A stretch of 64,000 nt of DNA, from the NCBI GenBank assembly GCA_964609585.1, contig CAZSRA010000001.1:45816-109815 (forward strand). Direction: 5' to 3'. This DNA is from an uncultured Candidatus Saccharimonadales bacterium. Lineage in GTDB: Bacteria > Patescibacteriota > Saccharimonadia > UBA4664. The notes under the pieces are model-generated. The model was not told where the DNA came from. It did no database searches and saw only the letters and a program-made list of their open reading frames with translations. This document shows, in pieces, positions 45,242 to 55,398 of this stretch (its first letter is position 1; each line of letters opens with the position of its first letter). The translations under genes and the position numbers were made by a program.

Positions 45242-46792
45242 ATGAGCACGTTAAACTCGGGCGGTCGACGCTCTATTGATGGACCGGTTCGCCGCCGATT
45301 GAGCGCGAAAGACAACCATTTATCTAATAATACTGAGGAGCTTCCAGACATAAACTCCGAAGTAGTGGAGTCTCCGGTAGCTGTTGCCGAGGAGGCTGTT
45401 TCTGTAGCGCCAGAAGAGCCGATTTTTGTTTACCATAAGGCGAGGAAGCCTGGTCTTGGACTAAAATGGATGCGGACCTTGGCAGTGGGAGTTTTGGTGG
45501 TCGGGGTGGCGGCTGGCGGATGGTTTGGCTATAAGGCGGTGAGTGCTGCTCATACTATTATTGCGCGGTCGAATGGTGGGGCTCCGGCTCTAACGGCGAA
45601 GAAGCTTGATTTGAGTCAGCTGAAGAATGAGGGTGATGGTCGAATCAACATTTTGATTTTGGGTATCGGAGGTCAAGGGCACGAGGCGCCGAATTTGTCG
45701 GATACGATTATGGTGATGAGCGTGGATCCGCAAACCAAGGATGCGGCGATGCTATCAATTCCACGCGATTTATACGTGAAGATTCCGGCGACGGCCCGTA
45801 CCGGAGTGCAGTATGGCAAGATTAATGCCGCCAATGCCTATGGTGGGCCGGAACTTGCGGCCCAGGTGGTGTCGAATGTGATTGGTGTGCCGATTCATTA
45901 CTATGTGCTTCTGGATTTTTCGGGTTTCCGACAAGCGGTGGATGCTGTGGGCGGGGTAGACATTAATGTAGCAACGGCGCTGTATGATTCGACGTACCCC
46001 TGTGACGATGAGCGTGGTGGGTTCTGTCCGCTTTCGATTGCAGCGGGTCTTCAGCATATGAATGGGACGATAGCGCTGCGGTATTCACGGTCTAGGCACT
46101 CAACGAGCGATTTCGACCGAGCAGCCAGGCAGCAGCAAGTGATTGTAGCGCTGCGCCAAAAGTCGCTGCAACTTTCGACACTCACGAATCCAGTGAAGCT
46201 AACAGGCTTGATTGATGCTGTCGGGAGTCATGTGAAGACAGATTTGCAGCCGACTGAGCTTACGAAAATGGCGGCTTTGATGAAGGACATTGATCTGGCA
46301 AAGATGCCGCAGAAGGTGCTTGATACGAGTTCAGCCGAGGCGCTCCTTAACGGGGGGATTAATATTATTCCGGCAGCTGGCTATATAGAGGTGCCGAAAG
46401 CGGGCACGTTTGATTACTCTGAAATTCAGAATTTAGTGAAGAATCTGTTTTCGGATCATTATGTGATCCAAGAAAACGCTCGGGTTGAGGTTCAGAATGG
46501 TTCTGGGGTGGCGGGACTTGGAGGTGTCGTAGCTACGAGCTTGAAGGCTGCTCACTATAATGTAGGCGATCCGGTGAACGCTTCTAGTCACTATGGGGCG
46601 ACGATGATTTATGACTATACTGGCGGGAAGAAGCCATATACGATAAACTATCTGGAGCATCGGTTTGGGGTGAAGGCACAGAAGGCAACGGCCCCAACGC
46701 CGACCGTGGGTGCCGGTGGAGTAGCGGTGCCGGCACCTGAGATAAGGATTATTCTTGGCAGTGATTACAAATCAGCTCGTACGTCTGGGTAA
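45242..46792 (+). CDS. LytR-CpsA-Psr (LCP) family cell-envelope transferase with a C-terminal LytR_C-like domain.
   Basis: TM helix near the N-terminus. LCP core 'INILILGIGGQGHEAPNLSDTIMVMSVDPQTKDAAMLSIPRDLYVKIP'. Confidence 0.8.
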   Translation: MSTLNSGGRRSIDGPVRRRLSAKDNHLSNNTEELPDINSEVVESPVAVAEEAVSVAPEEPIFVYHKARKPGLGLKWMRTLAVGVLVVGVAAGGWFGYKAVSAAHTIIARSNGGAPALTAKKLDLSQLKNEGDGRINILILGIGGQGHEAPNLSDTIMVMSVDPQTKDAAMLSIPRDLYVKIPATARTGVQYGKINAANAYGGPELAAQVVSNVIGVPIHYYVLLDFSGFRQAVDAVGGVDINVATALYDSTYPCDDERGGFCPLSIAAGLQHMNGTIALRYSRSRHSTSDFDRAARQQQVIVALRQKSLQLSTLTNPVKLTGLIDAVGSHVKTDLQPTELTKMAALMKDIDLAKMPQKVLDTSSAEALLNGGINIIPAAGYIEVPKAGTFDYSEIQNLVKNLFSDHYVIQENARVEVQNGSGVAGLGGVVATSLKAAHYNVGDPVNASSHYGATMIYDYTGGKKPYTINYLEHRFGVKAQKATAPTPTVGAGGVAVPAPEIRIILGSDYKSARTSG

Positions 46793-46802
46793 ATTACCCG
46801 CA

Positions 46803-47549
46803 AAAATGTGGACTCGGTTGGCCTGGGCGCTGTTTGAGGCTGTCGTGGTATATCAGCTGGGTCGACAGAGTGGTTGGGCGTGGCTGGCTGGGGTTGTGAT
46901 CGTAGCAACAGAGTTGCGCACGCTTGGAACAATGCGGCAGTGGGATAGATCTAGGGTGATGAAAGCGCTTTGGGATCGTTTGCCCGGCCTCATTATGGGG
47001 GTTGGAGTCTTGCTTATTGTGATGCTTATGCCAAGACTCGTGACCCAGGCTGTGGTGGCGGGGCTATACGCGGCTTGGCTTTTGTGGCGCGAATGGTCGC
47101 CGGCGGAGGTTTCAACGGGCTTAACTCATCTTTTGCTGGTCCAGGGGGTGATGTTTGAAGCTATATTCCTCATGGCGGCGATTTGGCAAACATCGGACTT
47201 GCTCATTTTGACCTTGGTATGGATTGGTTCGTATGCCGGAGTATATGGAGTGTTGAAGCGGCGTGGCGACCGGCTTGCCGGGGTGATGGCGGCAACGTGG
47301 GGAGTGATTGCGACAGAAGTGTCTTGGGTGCTTTTGCAATGGCTCATTACCTATACGATGCGCGGAGGTTACGTGTTGGTGCCGCAGCCGGCATTGATTT
47401 TGACGGCTTTGTCGTATGTGTTTGGGAGTATTTTGGCATCGTCGAGGCAGGGGAGTCTGAGTCGGGCGCGGCTGGGAGAATACATTGTGATTGCGATCGT
47501 CTTGGTGGGAATTGTGGTGATGGGAACTTCGTGGCGAGGGAACGTTTAG
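46803..47549 (+). CDS. Polytopic integral membrane protein of unknown function. The ORF track start 46755 overlaps the LCP gene; the internal ATG 46803 is preferred.
   Basis: There are 6-7 hydrophobic helices. The gene begins just after the LCP stop. Confidence 0.5.
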   Translation, partial: KMWTRLAWALFEAVVVYQLGRQSGWAWLAGVVIVATELRTLGTMRQWDRSRVMKALWDRLPGLIMGVGVLLIVMLMPRLVTQAVVAGLYAAWLLWREWSPAEVSTGLTHLLLVQGVMFEAIFLMAAIWQTSDLLILTLVWIGSYAGVYGVLKRRGDRLAGVMAATWGVIATEVSWVLLQWLITYTMRGGYVLVPQPALILTALSYVFGSILASSRQGSLSRARLGEYIVIAIVLVGIVVMGTSWRGNV

Positions 47550-47626
47550 GAGCTTTAAGAGGTTTCTCAGGGTGGAGTGTCAGACTAGGAGCAACATATA
47601 ATTATGATAGTTAAACGAGGGATATC

Positions 47627-48802
47627 ATGACTGAAACGCGTGAGCATGAATTGGTGGTACCGACACCACCAGTCCGAACATCAAAGGGTATAAACGTGAG
47701 CATGCGAGTGATTACCGTGACGCTCGTGGTGGGGCTCGTTGGCGGGATGTTGGGATCGTATGGATTCTTGCGCTTTTTTGCGACAGCGATTCCGGCAGAT
47801 CGAAAGCAGTTGGTGGTGCAAGAGAGTTCGGCCGTGATTGATGTGGCGAAGCAGGTGAGCCCGAGTGTAGTATCGATCACCTCGAAGGCGATAACGCAGG
47901 GCTTCTTTGGTAGTGCTCAGGAGGCTGATGGTGCGGGAACAGGTATGATTGTAACGAGTGACGGACTAATTTTAACGAACCGGCATGTCGTGGCCGATAC
48001 GTCCGCGACGTATACGGTGGTGATGAGTGATGGCAAGACCTATCCGGCACATGTGGTATCGCGCGATACGGTCAACGATGTGGCGTTTGTGCGAATTGCG
48101 GCGACGAATTTGAAGCCGGTTGAGCTAGCCGACTCGGGTTCGGTGAAGGTAGGCCAGCGTGTAGTAGCTATTGGTAACGCTCTGGGTCAGTTCCAAAATA
48201 CGGTGACGGATGGGATTATTTCAGGCTTATCGCGCGGCATTACGGCTGGAGATGGGAGCGGTATCTCGGCGAGCTCCGAGCAACTGCAGAATGTATTTCA
48301 GACGAATGCGGCGATTAATCCCGGAAATTCGGGCGGTCCGCTCGTGAATCTGGACGGGCAAGTGGTGGGTATGAATACAGCGGTGGCCGGGCAAGGAGCG
48401 CAAAACATTGGTTTTGCGATTCCGATTAACGACGTGAAGCCGTTGATTGCAAGTGTGAAGAATGATGGTCGGATCGTGCGGGCGTACTTGGGTGTGCGGT
48501 ATGTGGCGATTGATAGCTCGGTGGCGCAGGCTAATGGGTTGAGTGTGAGCGCCGGAGCTTGGGTGCAGGCGGCCGACGATGCAAATCCGGGTGTGGTGGC
48601 GGGATCGCCAGCGGACAAGGCTGGGATTAAAGAGGGTGACATTATCACGAAAATTGGTAATGATACGGTGAATTCGACGAACAGTTTGCAGTCGCTGATT
48701 GGTAAGCATAAGGTGGGGGATAAGATTTCGGTAACGGTGCTGCGCGACGGGAAGACGCAGAGCTTAAGTGTGACGCTGGAGGCGGCGCCGGCGGGGAATT
48801 AG
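47627..48802 (+). CDS. htrA: HtrA/DegP-family serine protease with a PDZ domain.
   Basis: Catalytic triad motifs 'TNRHVV', 'DVAFV' and 'GNSGGPLVNLDGQVVGMNTA'. The C-terminus carries a PDZ domain (GIKEGDIITKIGNDTV). Confidence 0.9.
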   Translation: MTETREHELVVPTPPVRTSKGINVSMRVITVTLVVGLVGGMLGSYGFLRFFATAIPADRKQLVVQESSAVIDVAKQVSPSVVSITSKAITQGFFGSAQEADGAGTGMIVTSDGLILTNRHVVADTSATYTVVMSDGKTYPAHVVSRDTVNDVAFVRIAATNLKPVELADSGSVKVGQRVVAIGNALGQFQNTVTDGIISGLSRGITAGDGSGISASSEQLQNVFQTNAAINPGNSGGPLVNLDGQVVGMNTAVAGQGAQNIGFAIPINDVKPLIASVKNDGRIVRAYLGVRYVAIDSSVAQANGLSVSAGAWVQAADDANPGVVAGSPADKAGIKEGDIITKIGNDTVNSTNSLQSLIGKHKVGDKISVTVLRDGKTQSLSVTLEAAPAGN

Positions 48803-48818
48803 GCTCAAACGTCGAACA

Positions 48819-48855
48819 CCCCGCTTCGCGCGGAGGTTCAACGCGCGAAGCGGGG
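48819..48855. terminator. GC-rich perfect 14-bp hairpin between convergent htrA and the downstream minus-strand gene.
   Basis: Stem ccccgcttcgcgcg, loop gaggttcaa, stem cgcgcgaagcgggg. There are no clear U-tracts. Confidence 0.45.
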
Positions 48856-48859
48856 CGGG

Positions 48860-49387
48860 TCAGGCGACTGCGTCGCCGAGGTATATGACTCTGGGTAGCC
48901 GGTCGCCGCCCTCTTCGATCTGCAGCGTGCGAATTTCCCCTTCTCGCACATGCTGGACGAAGATGTGTGAGAAGTTTGGCAGTGATGCTGCGAAGACGAA
49001 GTGAGTAGCTCCCGTGGTTTCAGCGATCTTTCGTAGCCTCGCCGTGAACGGCCAGATCTCTGAACTCGTAGTCCAGTGGTCGTCTGGCTGGGGCCACACG
49101 CTGGACCAGTAGTGGAGGTCGATCATCTGGCCTGGCTCGGCGAGTGTGTCCGGGCCGAGTACTGATGCCACGACCCTGGCTGTCGCTTCCCTTGTCTCTC
49201 CGACTCCGGAGACCCAGAACTGGGCTTCAGGATACGCTGCCTTCAGGGCATTTCCGGCGGCGATAGCCTGTTCGTCATTGTCGCAGCGACGAACCAGAGT
49301 GAGTGTGAGGGGCGGTGGCGAGATGCGGGGTTCGTGGAGCCTTTTGGCCCAACTTTTGATCAGGTTGAGGAGGCTCAAGGGCCTCAC
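48860..49387 (-). CDS. Hypothetical protein (175 aa). It may be a degenerate histidine-phosphatase-like fold.
   Basis: 'LTLTLVRRCDNDE' sits where an RHG motif would be, but it has no His. Otherwise there are no recognisable motifs. Confidence 0.35.
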   Translation of the reverse strand: MRPLSLLNLIKSWAKRLHEPRISPPPLTLTLVRRCDNDEQAIAAGNALKAAYPEAQFWVSGVGETREATARVVASVLGPDTLAEPGQMIDLHYWSSVWPQPDDHWTTSSEIWPFTARLRKIAETTGATHFVFAASLPNFSHIFVQHVREGEIRTLQIEEGGDRLPRVIYLGDAVA

Positions 49388-49427
49388 CTTTCTGGAGGTG
49401 CAGTAGGACCTTATTACTATACAATAA

Positions 49428-50243
49428 TTATTGCTTTTTTGTCAACCTAAAGCCGAGGATGAAATAGCCTTGTTCGATAGGATGTAGATGGTGTTTGGCG
49501 GCTTCGGTGATGAGGCTTTCGTGTTGCCAGGGATCGCATTCGGTGAAAAGATGGCCGCCAGCGGCTAAATGTGCGGGAAGGTCTTTTAGGAAGCGACGAT
49601 AGAGATCAAGGCCGTCTTGGCCGCCGAAGAGAGCGACAGCGGGTTCTTTCGTGACTTCGGGCATGAGATCAGCATCAGTACGAAGGTAGGGGAGGTTGGT
49701 GACGATAGTGTCGTAGGTGCCAGGGACGTTTTGCCAGAGATCGGATTCGATGAGGGTGATGCTGGCGTGGTGCTTTCGGGCATTACGACGGGCAATGTCT
49801 AGTGCTTCGGGGCTGATTTCGGTGGCAGTGATGGCGAGATCTGGCCGGTGAGCAGCAATGGCTATCGCGATGGCACCGGAGCCGGTACCAATGTCGATAA
49901 GACGGGAATCTTTGGGCGTATATTTAATGGCCCAGTCGACGATTTGCTCGGTTTCGACGCGGGGTGTGAGGACGTCCGGGGTAATGATTATATCTAGGCC
50001 ATAAAACTCGCGGGTGCCGGTGAGGTGAACAACGGGGGTGTGCTCGGAACGGCGCGAAATGTAAGCTTCGAAATCGGCTTCTTGGTGGAGGGTGAGGATT
50101 TCGTCGTCGTGGGCGAGAAGCCACGCGCGATCGCGGCGGAGAGTGTGGGCAAGCAAAAGCTCGGCGTCTAAGCGGGCGCCGGCAATATTTTGGCTCTCTA
50201 GGAATGTAATGGCGGCGATGAGGGCTTCACGAACGGTACTCAC
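49428..50243 (-). CDS. prmC: Release-factor glutamine N5-methyltransferase PrmC/HemK.
   Basis: SAM motif 'LIDIGTGSGAIAIA' and substrate motif 'IVTNLPY' (NPPY-type). It lies downstream of prfA. Confidence 0.85.
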   Translation of the reverse strand: MSTVREALIAAITFLESQNIAGARLDAELLLAHTLRRDRAWLLAHDDEILTLHQEADFEAYISRRSEHTPVVHLTGTREFYGLDIIITPDVLTPRVETEQIVDWAIKYTPKDSRLIDIGTGSGAIAIAIAAHRPDLAITATEISPEALDIARRNARKHHASITLIESDLWQNVPGTYDTIVTNLPYLRTDADLMPEVTKEPAVALFGGQDGLDLYRRFLKDLPAHLAAGGHLFTECDPWQHESLITEAAKHHLHPIEQGYFILGFRLTKKQ

Positions 50244-50779
50244 GGGGCGGTTTTGAGGTGGGCAACGAGGGCGGCAACAACATCCTTGAGGGGTTTGGTG
50301 GCGTCGATGGTAATGGCGCCGAGAGAAGCCATTTTTTCTTTGAATGGGGCTGCCCAGCGGATGAGTTGTTGTTGTTCTTCGACGCGCTGACCGAAGCTGT
50401 GATCGGTTTTGCTGCCGGTGACGCGCTCGATCATAATATTTTCTGGGATATCGAGGTAAAAGACATTGGCGAAGAGATCCCAGGCTTTGTCGATGTTGCC
50501 GGCGTTGCCGAAGAGGAGGATAGGGCTAGGTGAGTCTTCGAGGGTTCCGATGAGTTTTTTGAGGCGGTCAATTTCCCATACGTAGGAATGATTTGCCCAC
50601 CAGGCGGCATCGGCGCCTTGAGGGTAGGGGACGGGTTTGCCGGCTTTATTGATGAAATAGCAGAGGCCGGGGGTGCTGTCGGCTTCAATGCACGTATAGC
50701 CTAGATCATTAAAATGATCTGATAAGGCGGTCTTGCCTGAACCCGAGGGCCCAGTAATTAAGTAGACGGGTTGGTTCAT
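50240..50779 (-). CDS. Small P-loop NTPase, kinase-like (179 aa).
   Basis: Walker A '[16 protein letters not shown]'. The size and layout resemble nucleoside/nucleotide kinases. It sits between prfA and prmC with overlapping stop and start codons. Confidence 0.5.
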   Translation of the reverse strand: MNQPVYLITGPSGSGKTALSDHFNDLGYTCIEADSTPGLCYFINKAGKPVPYPQGADAAWWANHSYVWEIDRLKKLIGTLEDSPSPILLFGNAGNIDKAWDLFANVFYLDIPENIMIERVTGSKTDHSFGQRVEEQQQLIRWAAPFKEKMASLGAITIDATKPLKDVVAALVAHLKTAP

Positions 50780-51837
50780 GTGGCGGCCTGCTCCAGCTTG
50801 AGACGCAGATCTTCACTGCGAAGGGCTTCTAGCATATCAGATATTTGTCCAATCATAAAGCCCGGCAAGCCATGTTGGGTGCGGCTGATGCGATGATCGG
50901 TGACACGGTCTTGCGGAAAATTGTAAGTGCGGATTTTTTCGGAGCGGTCGCCGGTGCCAATTTGACCGAGGCGAGCCTCGCGATTTTCGCGTTGTTCGTC
51001 TTCGAGCTTTTGAGCGAGAAGGCGTGAGCGCAAGACGCCCATGGCTTTGAGTTTGTTTTTAAGCTGGGATTTTTCATCCTGGCAGGTAACGACGAGCCCG
51101 GAGGGAATGTGTGTGATGCGAACGGCAGAGTCGGTAGTGTTTACCGACTGGCCGCCGTGGCCGCCGGAGCGGTAGACGTCGATGCGCAGATCGGACTCTT
51201 TGATCTCGAGATCGGTTTCTTCAGCCTCGGGCAGGACGGCGACGGTGACGGTAGAGGTATGGATGCGCCCGCCGGATTCGGTTTCGGGGACGCGCTGCAC
51301 ACGGTGCACACCGGATTCGTACTTGAGCCAGCCGTAAGCCTCGGTGCCTTTGACTTCGAAGATAATTTCTTTGTAGCCGCCAACGTCGGAGGGGGATTCA
51401 GATACAAGCTCGATGCGCCAGCCGGGCCTAGTTTCAATGTAGCGGGCGTACATGCGGTAGAGCTCCCCGGCAAAGAGGCTGGCTTCGTCGCCACCGGCGC
51501 CGGCGCGGATTTCGACGATGGCGTTTTTGGCATCGGCTGGGTCTTTTGGAACGAGGGCGAGGCGGAGGTCGTCGTTTACGGCAACGAGAGCGGCTTCGAG
51601 ATCGGGGATCTCGGCTTGGGCGAGCTCGCCCAGCTCAGGGTCGGTGGCCATTTCCTGGTTTTGAGCCAGATGGTCGGCGATTTGGGCGCGGCGGTCGTAG
51701 AGTGTAATGAGGGGGGTGAGTTCGGCCTGACGTTTGGCAAGGCTGACCATTTCGGGGGTGCCAAAAAGACTCGGTTCAGTCATACGAGAGGCGAGATCTT
51801 CGGTTTCGGCGCGGATTTTTTGTTCGGTAGGGTCCAT
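50776..51837 (-). CDS. prfA: Peptide chain release factor 1. Preferred start is ATG 51837 (MDPTEQKI...); the ORF track extends to 51876.
   Basis: GGQ motif '[26 protein letters not shown]'. The PxT tripeptide 'PET' and '[15 protein letters not shown]' are present. The RBS gagga lies 5 nt before ATG 51837. Confidence 0.85.
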   Translation of the reverse strand: MDPTEQKIRAETEDLASRMTEPSLFGTPEMVSLAKRQAELTPLITLYDRRAQIADHLAQNQEMATDPELGELAQAEIPDLEAALVAVNDDLRLALVPKDPADAKNAIVEIRAGAGGDEASLFAGELYRMYARYIETRPGWRIELVSESPSDVGGYKEIIFEVKGTEAYGWLKYESGVHRVQRVPETESGGRIHTSTVTVAVLPEAEETDLEIKESDLRIDVYRSGGHGGQSVNTTDSAVRITHIPSGLVVTCQDEKSQLKNKLKAMGVLRSRLLAQKLEDEQRENREARLGQIGTGDRSEKIRTYNFPQDRVTDHRISRTQHGLPGFMIGQISDMLEALRSEDLRLKLEQAAT

Positions 51838-51874
51838 GGTGTCCTCAGGGTGGTTTCTTGTACCTTTGGCTAAC

Positions 51875-51912
51875 AAAAAACGCTCGTCAACTAATATTGT
51901 ATCAGAGCGTTT
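51875..51912 (-). terminator. Rho-independent terminator after rpmE, on the minus strand.
   Basis: On the minus strand the stem aaacgctc pairs with gagcgtttttt; the T-tract is the rc of aaaaaa at 51875-51880. Confidence 0.55.
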
Positions 51913-51923
51913 GAGGAGAGGGG

Positions 51924-52244
51924 CTAAGCTTCAGCAGTGGTGTCGGTGTCGACGGTGTCGGCCTGGAGTTCTTCTTGAATTTTAGCCACTTCCGGATCTG
52001 CTTTTTTGTTTGTGGTGGCGGCTTTGGCTTCGGCGCGCTTGGTAGCTTCGGCCTGGCGAGCCTTGAATTTGTCGACGCGGCCAGCGGTGTCGATGAGTTT
52101 TTGCTTACCCGTATAGAAGGGGTGGCAGTTGGAGCAAATTTCCACGTTAATCTCAGCCACAGTGGAGTGGCTCTTGAAGGTGGTGTTGCAACCGTTGCAG
52201 TGAACGGTGGTTTCGAAGACTTCGGGGTGGATGGCGGTTTTCAT
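51924..52244 (-). CDS. rpmE: Ribosomal protein L31 with a ~40-aa charged C-terminal extension. The start is the internal Met (MKTAIHPE).
   Basis: '[48 protein letters not shown]' carries the C-x-x-C...C-x-x-H zinc ribbon of L31 type A. The tail is '[25 protein letters not shown]...'. Confidence 0.8.
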   Translation of the reverse strand: MKTAIHPEVFETTVHCNGCNTTFKSHSTVAEINVEICSNCHPFYTGKQKLIDTAGRVDKFKARQAEATKRAEAKAATTNKKADPEVAKIQEELQADTVDTDTTAEA

Positions 52245-52382
52245 AACTTGGTGATTGTACCTGATATATGTGCGGTGGTCAAGGCTTGTGTGGGCAATGA
52301 TTGCGGTTGGGCCAGACGAAGCGAGCACGAGGCTCGGCTTCGTCTGGCGGGGCTTGCCGGCGGCGGATGCGGCCGGAGCGGT

Positions 52383-52580
52383 TTACTCGCTGACGGGCCG
52401 GACGTCGGTCGGGCGAACGGTGAGATGGTCGCCTGCGAGGTCATCGAGGTTGACGGCGATTCGGTCTCCCCCTATCCGTGCGATCGTGGCGTCGGTGCCC
52501 GCCGGAGCCATGTCGACATAGCTGGTTCTGACCGGCTTGGTCAGCTGCACGTGATCGCCGACTTTGAGCCTAGTACTCAT
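52383..52580 (-). CDS. Small hypothetical protein (65 aa), divergent from rpsB.
   Basis: A strong RBS gaggag lies 5 nt before ATG 52580. The sequence is 'MSTRLKVGDHVQLTKPVRTSYVDMAPAGTDATIARIGGDRIAVNLDDLAGDHLTV'. The ORF track extends it to 52670 without RBS support. Confidence 0.4.
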   Translation of the reverse strand: MSTRLKVGDHVQLTKPVRTSYVDMAPAGTDATIARIGGDRIAVNLDDLAGDHLTVRPTDVRPVSE

Positions 52581-52793
52581 GTATGCTCCTCGGTTGGAGG
52601 TAGTGTGCGGGCGCCCACTGAAATTTCTTGTAGGCTTTGATATTAAGCTGGAATGAATGTGTAAAGTCAATGCCTAGGCTTTTCATTTATAGTTGTTTCT
52701 GCTAAAGTACATGGGCTAAGTATTTTTTTAATGAATCAGTACGGCCGTAATCCTCCCGCTCGGGTGGTCGTATGAAGATGAAAGGACACAATT

Positions 52794-53516
52794 ATGGCTG
52801 ATGTAAGCCTAAAAGAATTACTGGAGGCTGGAGCTCACTTTGGGCACCAGACTCGTCGTTGGAATCCGAAGATGAAGCCTTATATCTTTGGCGTTCGCGG
52901 TGGCGTACACATTTTGGACCTCACGCAAACAGGCGTAATGCTCAAAGAGGCGACCGATTTTGCTCGTAAAACAGCGGCAAATGGTGGCAAGGTACTGCTC
53001 GTGGGCACGAAGCGCCAAGCGATGCCGGTAGTGAAGGAGATTGCAGAAACCAATGGCTTGCCGTTTGTGACTGAGCGCTGGCTCGGTGGTATGCTCACGA
53101 ACTTCCGTACGATTCGGTTGCAGGTGCAGCGTTTGAAGAAGCTGGAAGCCGGCATGGACAGCGGTGATTTTGCTTCTAAGTACAACAAGAAAGAGCTGCT
53201 CGATTTCTCGAACGAAATTGCGGCCTTGACCCGGGTATTTGGTGGCATTAAGCACATGGACGGTCTGCCTGGTGCAATATTTGTAGTGGACGTGCCAAAA
53301 GAGAGTATTGCGGTAGCTGAGGCGCGCAAACTGGGTATTCCGGTGATTGCGATTGTGGATAGCAATGCTGATCCAGATCTCGTGGATTACAAAATCCCAG
53401 CCAACGACGATGCTATTAAAGCGGTGCGGGTTATTACGCAAGCTATCGCCGAGGCGGCGGCTGAGGGCACCAAACTTCATGCAAGTAAAGCGGCCGATAA
53501 GGCGGTGGAGGTTTAA
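52794..53516 (+). CDS. rpsB: 30S ribosomal protein S2.
   Basis: '[25 protein letters not shown]...[29 protein letters not shown]'. Confidence 0.95.
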   Translation: MADVSLKELLEAGAHFGHQTRRWNPKMKPYIFGVRGGVHILDLTQTGVMLKEATDFARKTAANGGKVLLVGTKRQAMPVVKEIAETNGLPFVTERWLGGMLTNFRTIRLQVQRLKKLEAGMDSGDFASKYNKKELLDFSNEIAALTRVFGGIKHMDGLPGAIFVVDVPKESIAVAEARKLGIPVIAIVDSNADPDLVDYKIPANDDAIKAVRVITQAIAEAAAEGTKLHASKAADKAVEV

Positions 53517-53517
53517 G

Positions 53518-54105
53518 ATGGCGATCGCTGTAGAAGACATTAAGAAGCTGCGCGACCAGACGGGTGCTGGCATGATGAAAGCTAAAGAAGCTTTGGAGCA
53601 CGCTGAGGGCGATTTTGATAAGGCCGTGAAGTACCTGCGCGAAAAGGGTGAAGCGACGGCCGCGAAAAAGAGCGACCGCGAAGCCCGCGCTGGCCTCATT
53701 GAAAGCTATGTGCACGGCGGTCGGATTGGTGTACTCGTGGAAGTGAACTGCGAGACCGATTTTGTGGCTCGCACTGAAGACTTTAAGACGTTTGTGCGCG
53801 ACATCGCTATGCATATTGCGGCGAGTGCGCCCCAGTACTTGAACGCCGAGGCGGTGCCGGCAGATGTGGTTGAGAGTGAAAAGGGGATTTACCGCAAAGA
53901 GGTTGAAGGAAAACCTGCAGAGATTATTGAAAAGATTGTGGACGGGAAGCTGGCCAAGTTTTATGAGCAGGTTTGTCTGGTAAACCAGCCGTTTGTGAAA
54001 GATCCGGATGTCACGATTGGAAAATTGACTACTGACTTGATCGCGAAATTGGGAGAGAATATTGTCATTCGCCGGTATGAGCGAATGGAACTTGGAGGCG
54101 TATGA
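53518..54105 (+). CDS. tsf: Elongation factor Ts, short form (195 aa). It starts at the internal Met; the track ORF begins at 53347 inside rpsB.
   Basis: '[44 protein letters not shown]...[17 protein letters not shown]'. It starts 2 nt after the rpsB stop. Confidence 0.9.
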   Translation: MAIAVEDIKKLRDQTGAGMMKAKEALEHAEGDFDKAVKYLREKGEATAAKKSDREARAGLIESYVHGGRIGVLVEVNCETDFVARTEDFKTFVRDIAMHIAASAPQYLNAEAVPADVVESEKGIYRKEVEGKPAEIIEKIVDGKLAKFYEQVCLVNQPFVKDPDVTIGKLTTDLIAKLGENIVIRRYERMELGGV

Positions 54106-54662
54106 TTCGAGCATTAGTTGAAGAAGCCGGTCCGAAGATGGAGAAGGCGGTCGCGCATTTTGGGGAAGACCTGAAGAGTTTGCGTACGGGCCGAGCATCG
54201 GTGAGTTTACTCGACGGCATTATGGTAGAGCTTTATGGGGCAGTGCAGCCGCTGAAGGCAGTTGCGAGTGTGAACACGCCGGATGCGCGCACGATCGCCG
54301 TGGCACCGTGGGATAAGGGTGCGATGGGGCCGATTGAAAAGGCGATTCGTGAGAACCAGGCGCTGGGGCTCAATCCGAGTAGTGATGGCAATGTGATTCG
54401 CATGAGTATTCCACCGTTGACTGAAGAACGGCGGCGGGAAATCGTGAAGAGCTTGGGTGGCAAGGTGGAAGATTGCCGGATTGCGCTGCGCAACATCCGC
54501 CACGAAGTGCTCAACGAGGTGAAGCGACTGGAGAAGGCCAAAGAAGCCACTACAGATGATATCAAGTTTGCCGAAAACGAACTCAACAAGAAGATTGAGC
54601 AATTTCAGCGCAAAATCGAAGAGCTCGAAGCGGCTAAGGCCAAGGAGATCATGGAGGTCTAG
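54102..54662 (+). CDS. frr: Ribosome recycling factor.
   Basis: 186 aa, with '[39 protein letters not shown]' and a C-terminal coiled coil. It directly follows tsf; no pyrH lies between them. Confidence 0.9.
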   Translation: MIRALVEEAGPKMEKAVAHFGEDLKSLRTGRASVSLLDGIMVELYGAVQPLKAVASVNTPDARTIAVAPWDKGAMGPIEKAIRENQALGLNPSSDGNVIRMSIPPLTEERRREIVKSLGGKVEDCRIALRNIRHEVLNEVKRLEKAKEATTDDIKFAENELNKKIEQFQRKIEELEAAKAKEIMEV

Positions 54663-54665
54663 CTT

Positions 54666-55373
54666 TTGAATGAGGGCGATGCATCTTATGGTGATACGCC
54701 GGTTCATTTGGGGCTGATTCTTGATGGGAACCGGCGTTGGGCCAGGGAGAGGGGACTGCCGGCACTCGAGGGGCACCGACGAGGTTACGACCGACTTCAC
54801 GCCGTAGCGCGAGCCGCCGCCGATAAAGGGGTGCGTTATATTTCGGCCTACGTTTTTTCGACGGAAAATTGGAGTCGCACGCAGGAAGAGGTCGATTTTT
54901 TGATGGACTTGTTGCTCTGGGTGGTGAAGCATGAGGTCGACAAATTTGTGAAAGAGGGTCTGCGGATCGTATTCTTGGGCTCAAAAGAACGGCTATCCGC
55001 AAAGGTGCTCCAGGCGATACTGGCAGCTGAGACAAAGACGAGAGACGGCGCACGGGCAGTGGTAGCCTTGTGTTTTAATTACGGTGGAGAGATGGAGCTC
55101 GCTGAGGCAGCGGCCGGGCTGGTGCGTGATGGAGTGCCGGCAGTGGAAGTGACGCCCAGGAAGTTGGCTGAGTATTTGTATCATCCTGAAATCCCGCCGG
55201 TAGATCTTATAATTCGAACATCGGGTGAACAGCGGCTTAGTGGATTTATGCTGTGGCGAGCGAGCTATGCTGAATTGTACTTTACTGAGGTGCTTTGGCC
55301 GGCTTTTGGTGTGGCAGATTTGGACGCAGCTTTAGCGGAGTATGGTAGGCGCAAGCGTCGGTTTGGGAAATAG
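54666..55373 (+). CDS. uppS: Undecaprenyl-diphosphate synthase (cis-prenyltransferase).
   Basis: 'HLGLILDGNRRWARERGLP' and 'RRFGK' at the C-terminus. Confidence 0.9.
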   Translation: MNEGDASYGDTPVHLGLILDGNRRWARERGLPALEGHRRGYDRLHAVARAAADKGVRYISAYVFSTENWSRTQEEVDFLMDLLLWVVKHEVDKFVKEGLRIVFLGSKERLSAKVLQAILAAETKTRDGARAVVALCFNYGGEMELAEAAAGLVRDGVPAVEVTPRKLAEYLYHPEIPPVDLIIRTSGEQRLSGFMLWRASYAELYFTEVLWPAFGVADLDAALAEYGRRKRRFGK

Positions 55374-55398
55374 TTAACATCGGGTACAATGAGAGAGA

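Noticed and set aside
48860-49387. Assigning the 175-aa protein to the SixA/histidine phosphatase family.
   Set aside because: The would-be RHG motif reads RRC, so there is no catalytic His. Similarity is too weak to call without HHpred.
53347-53517. N-terminal 57-aa extension of tsf in the ORF track ([10 protein letters not shown]...).
   Set aside because: It overlaps the rpsB coding region in another frame. The conserved EF-Ts N-terminus begins at Met 53518, 2 nt after the rpsB stop.
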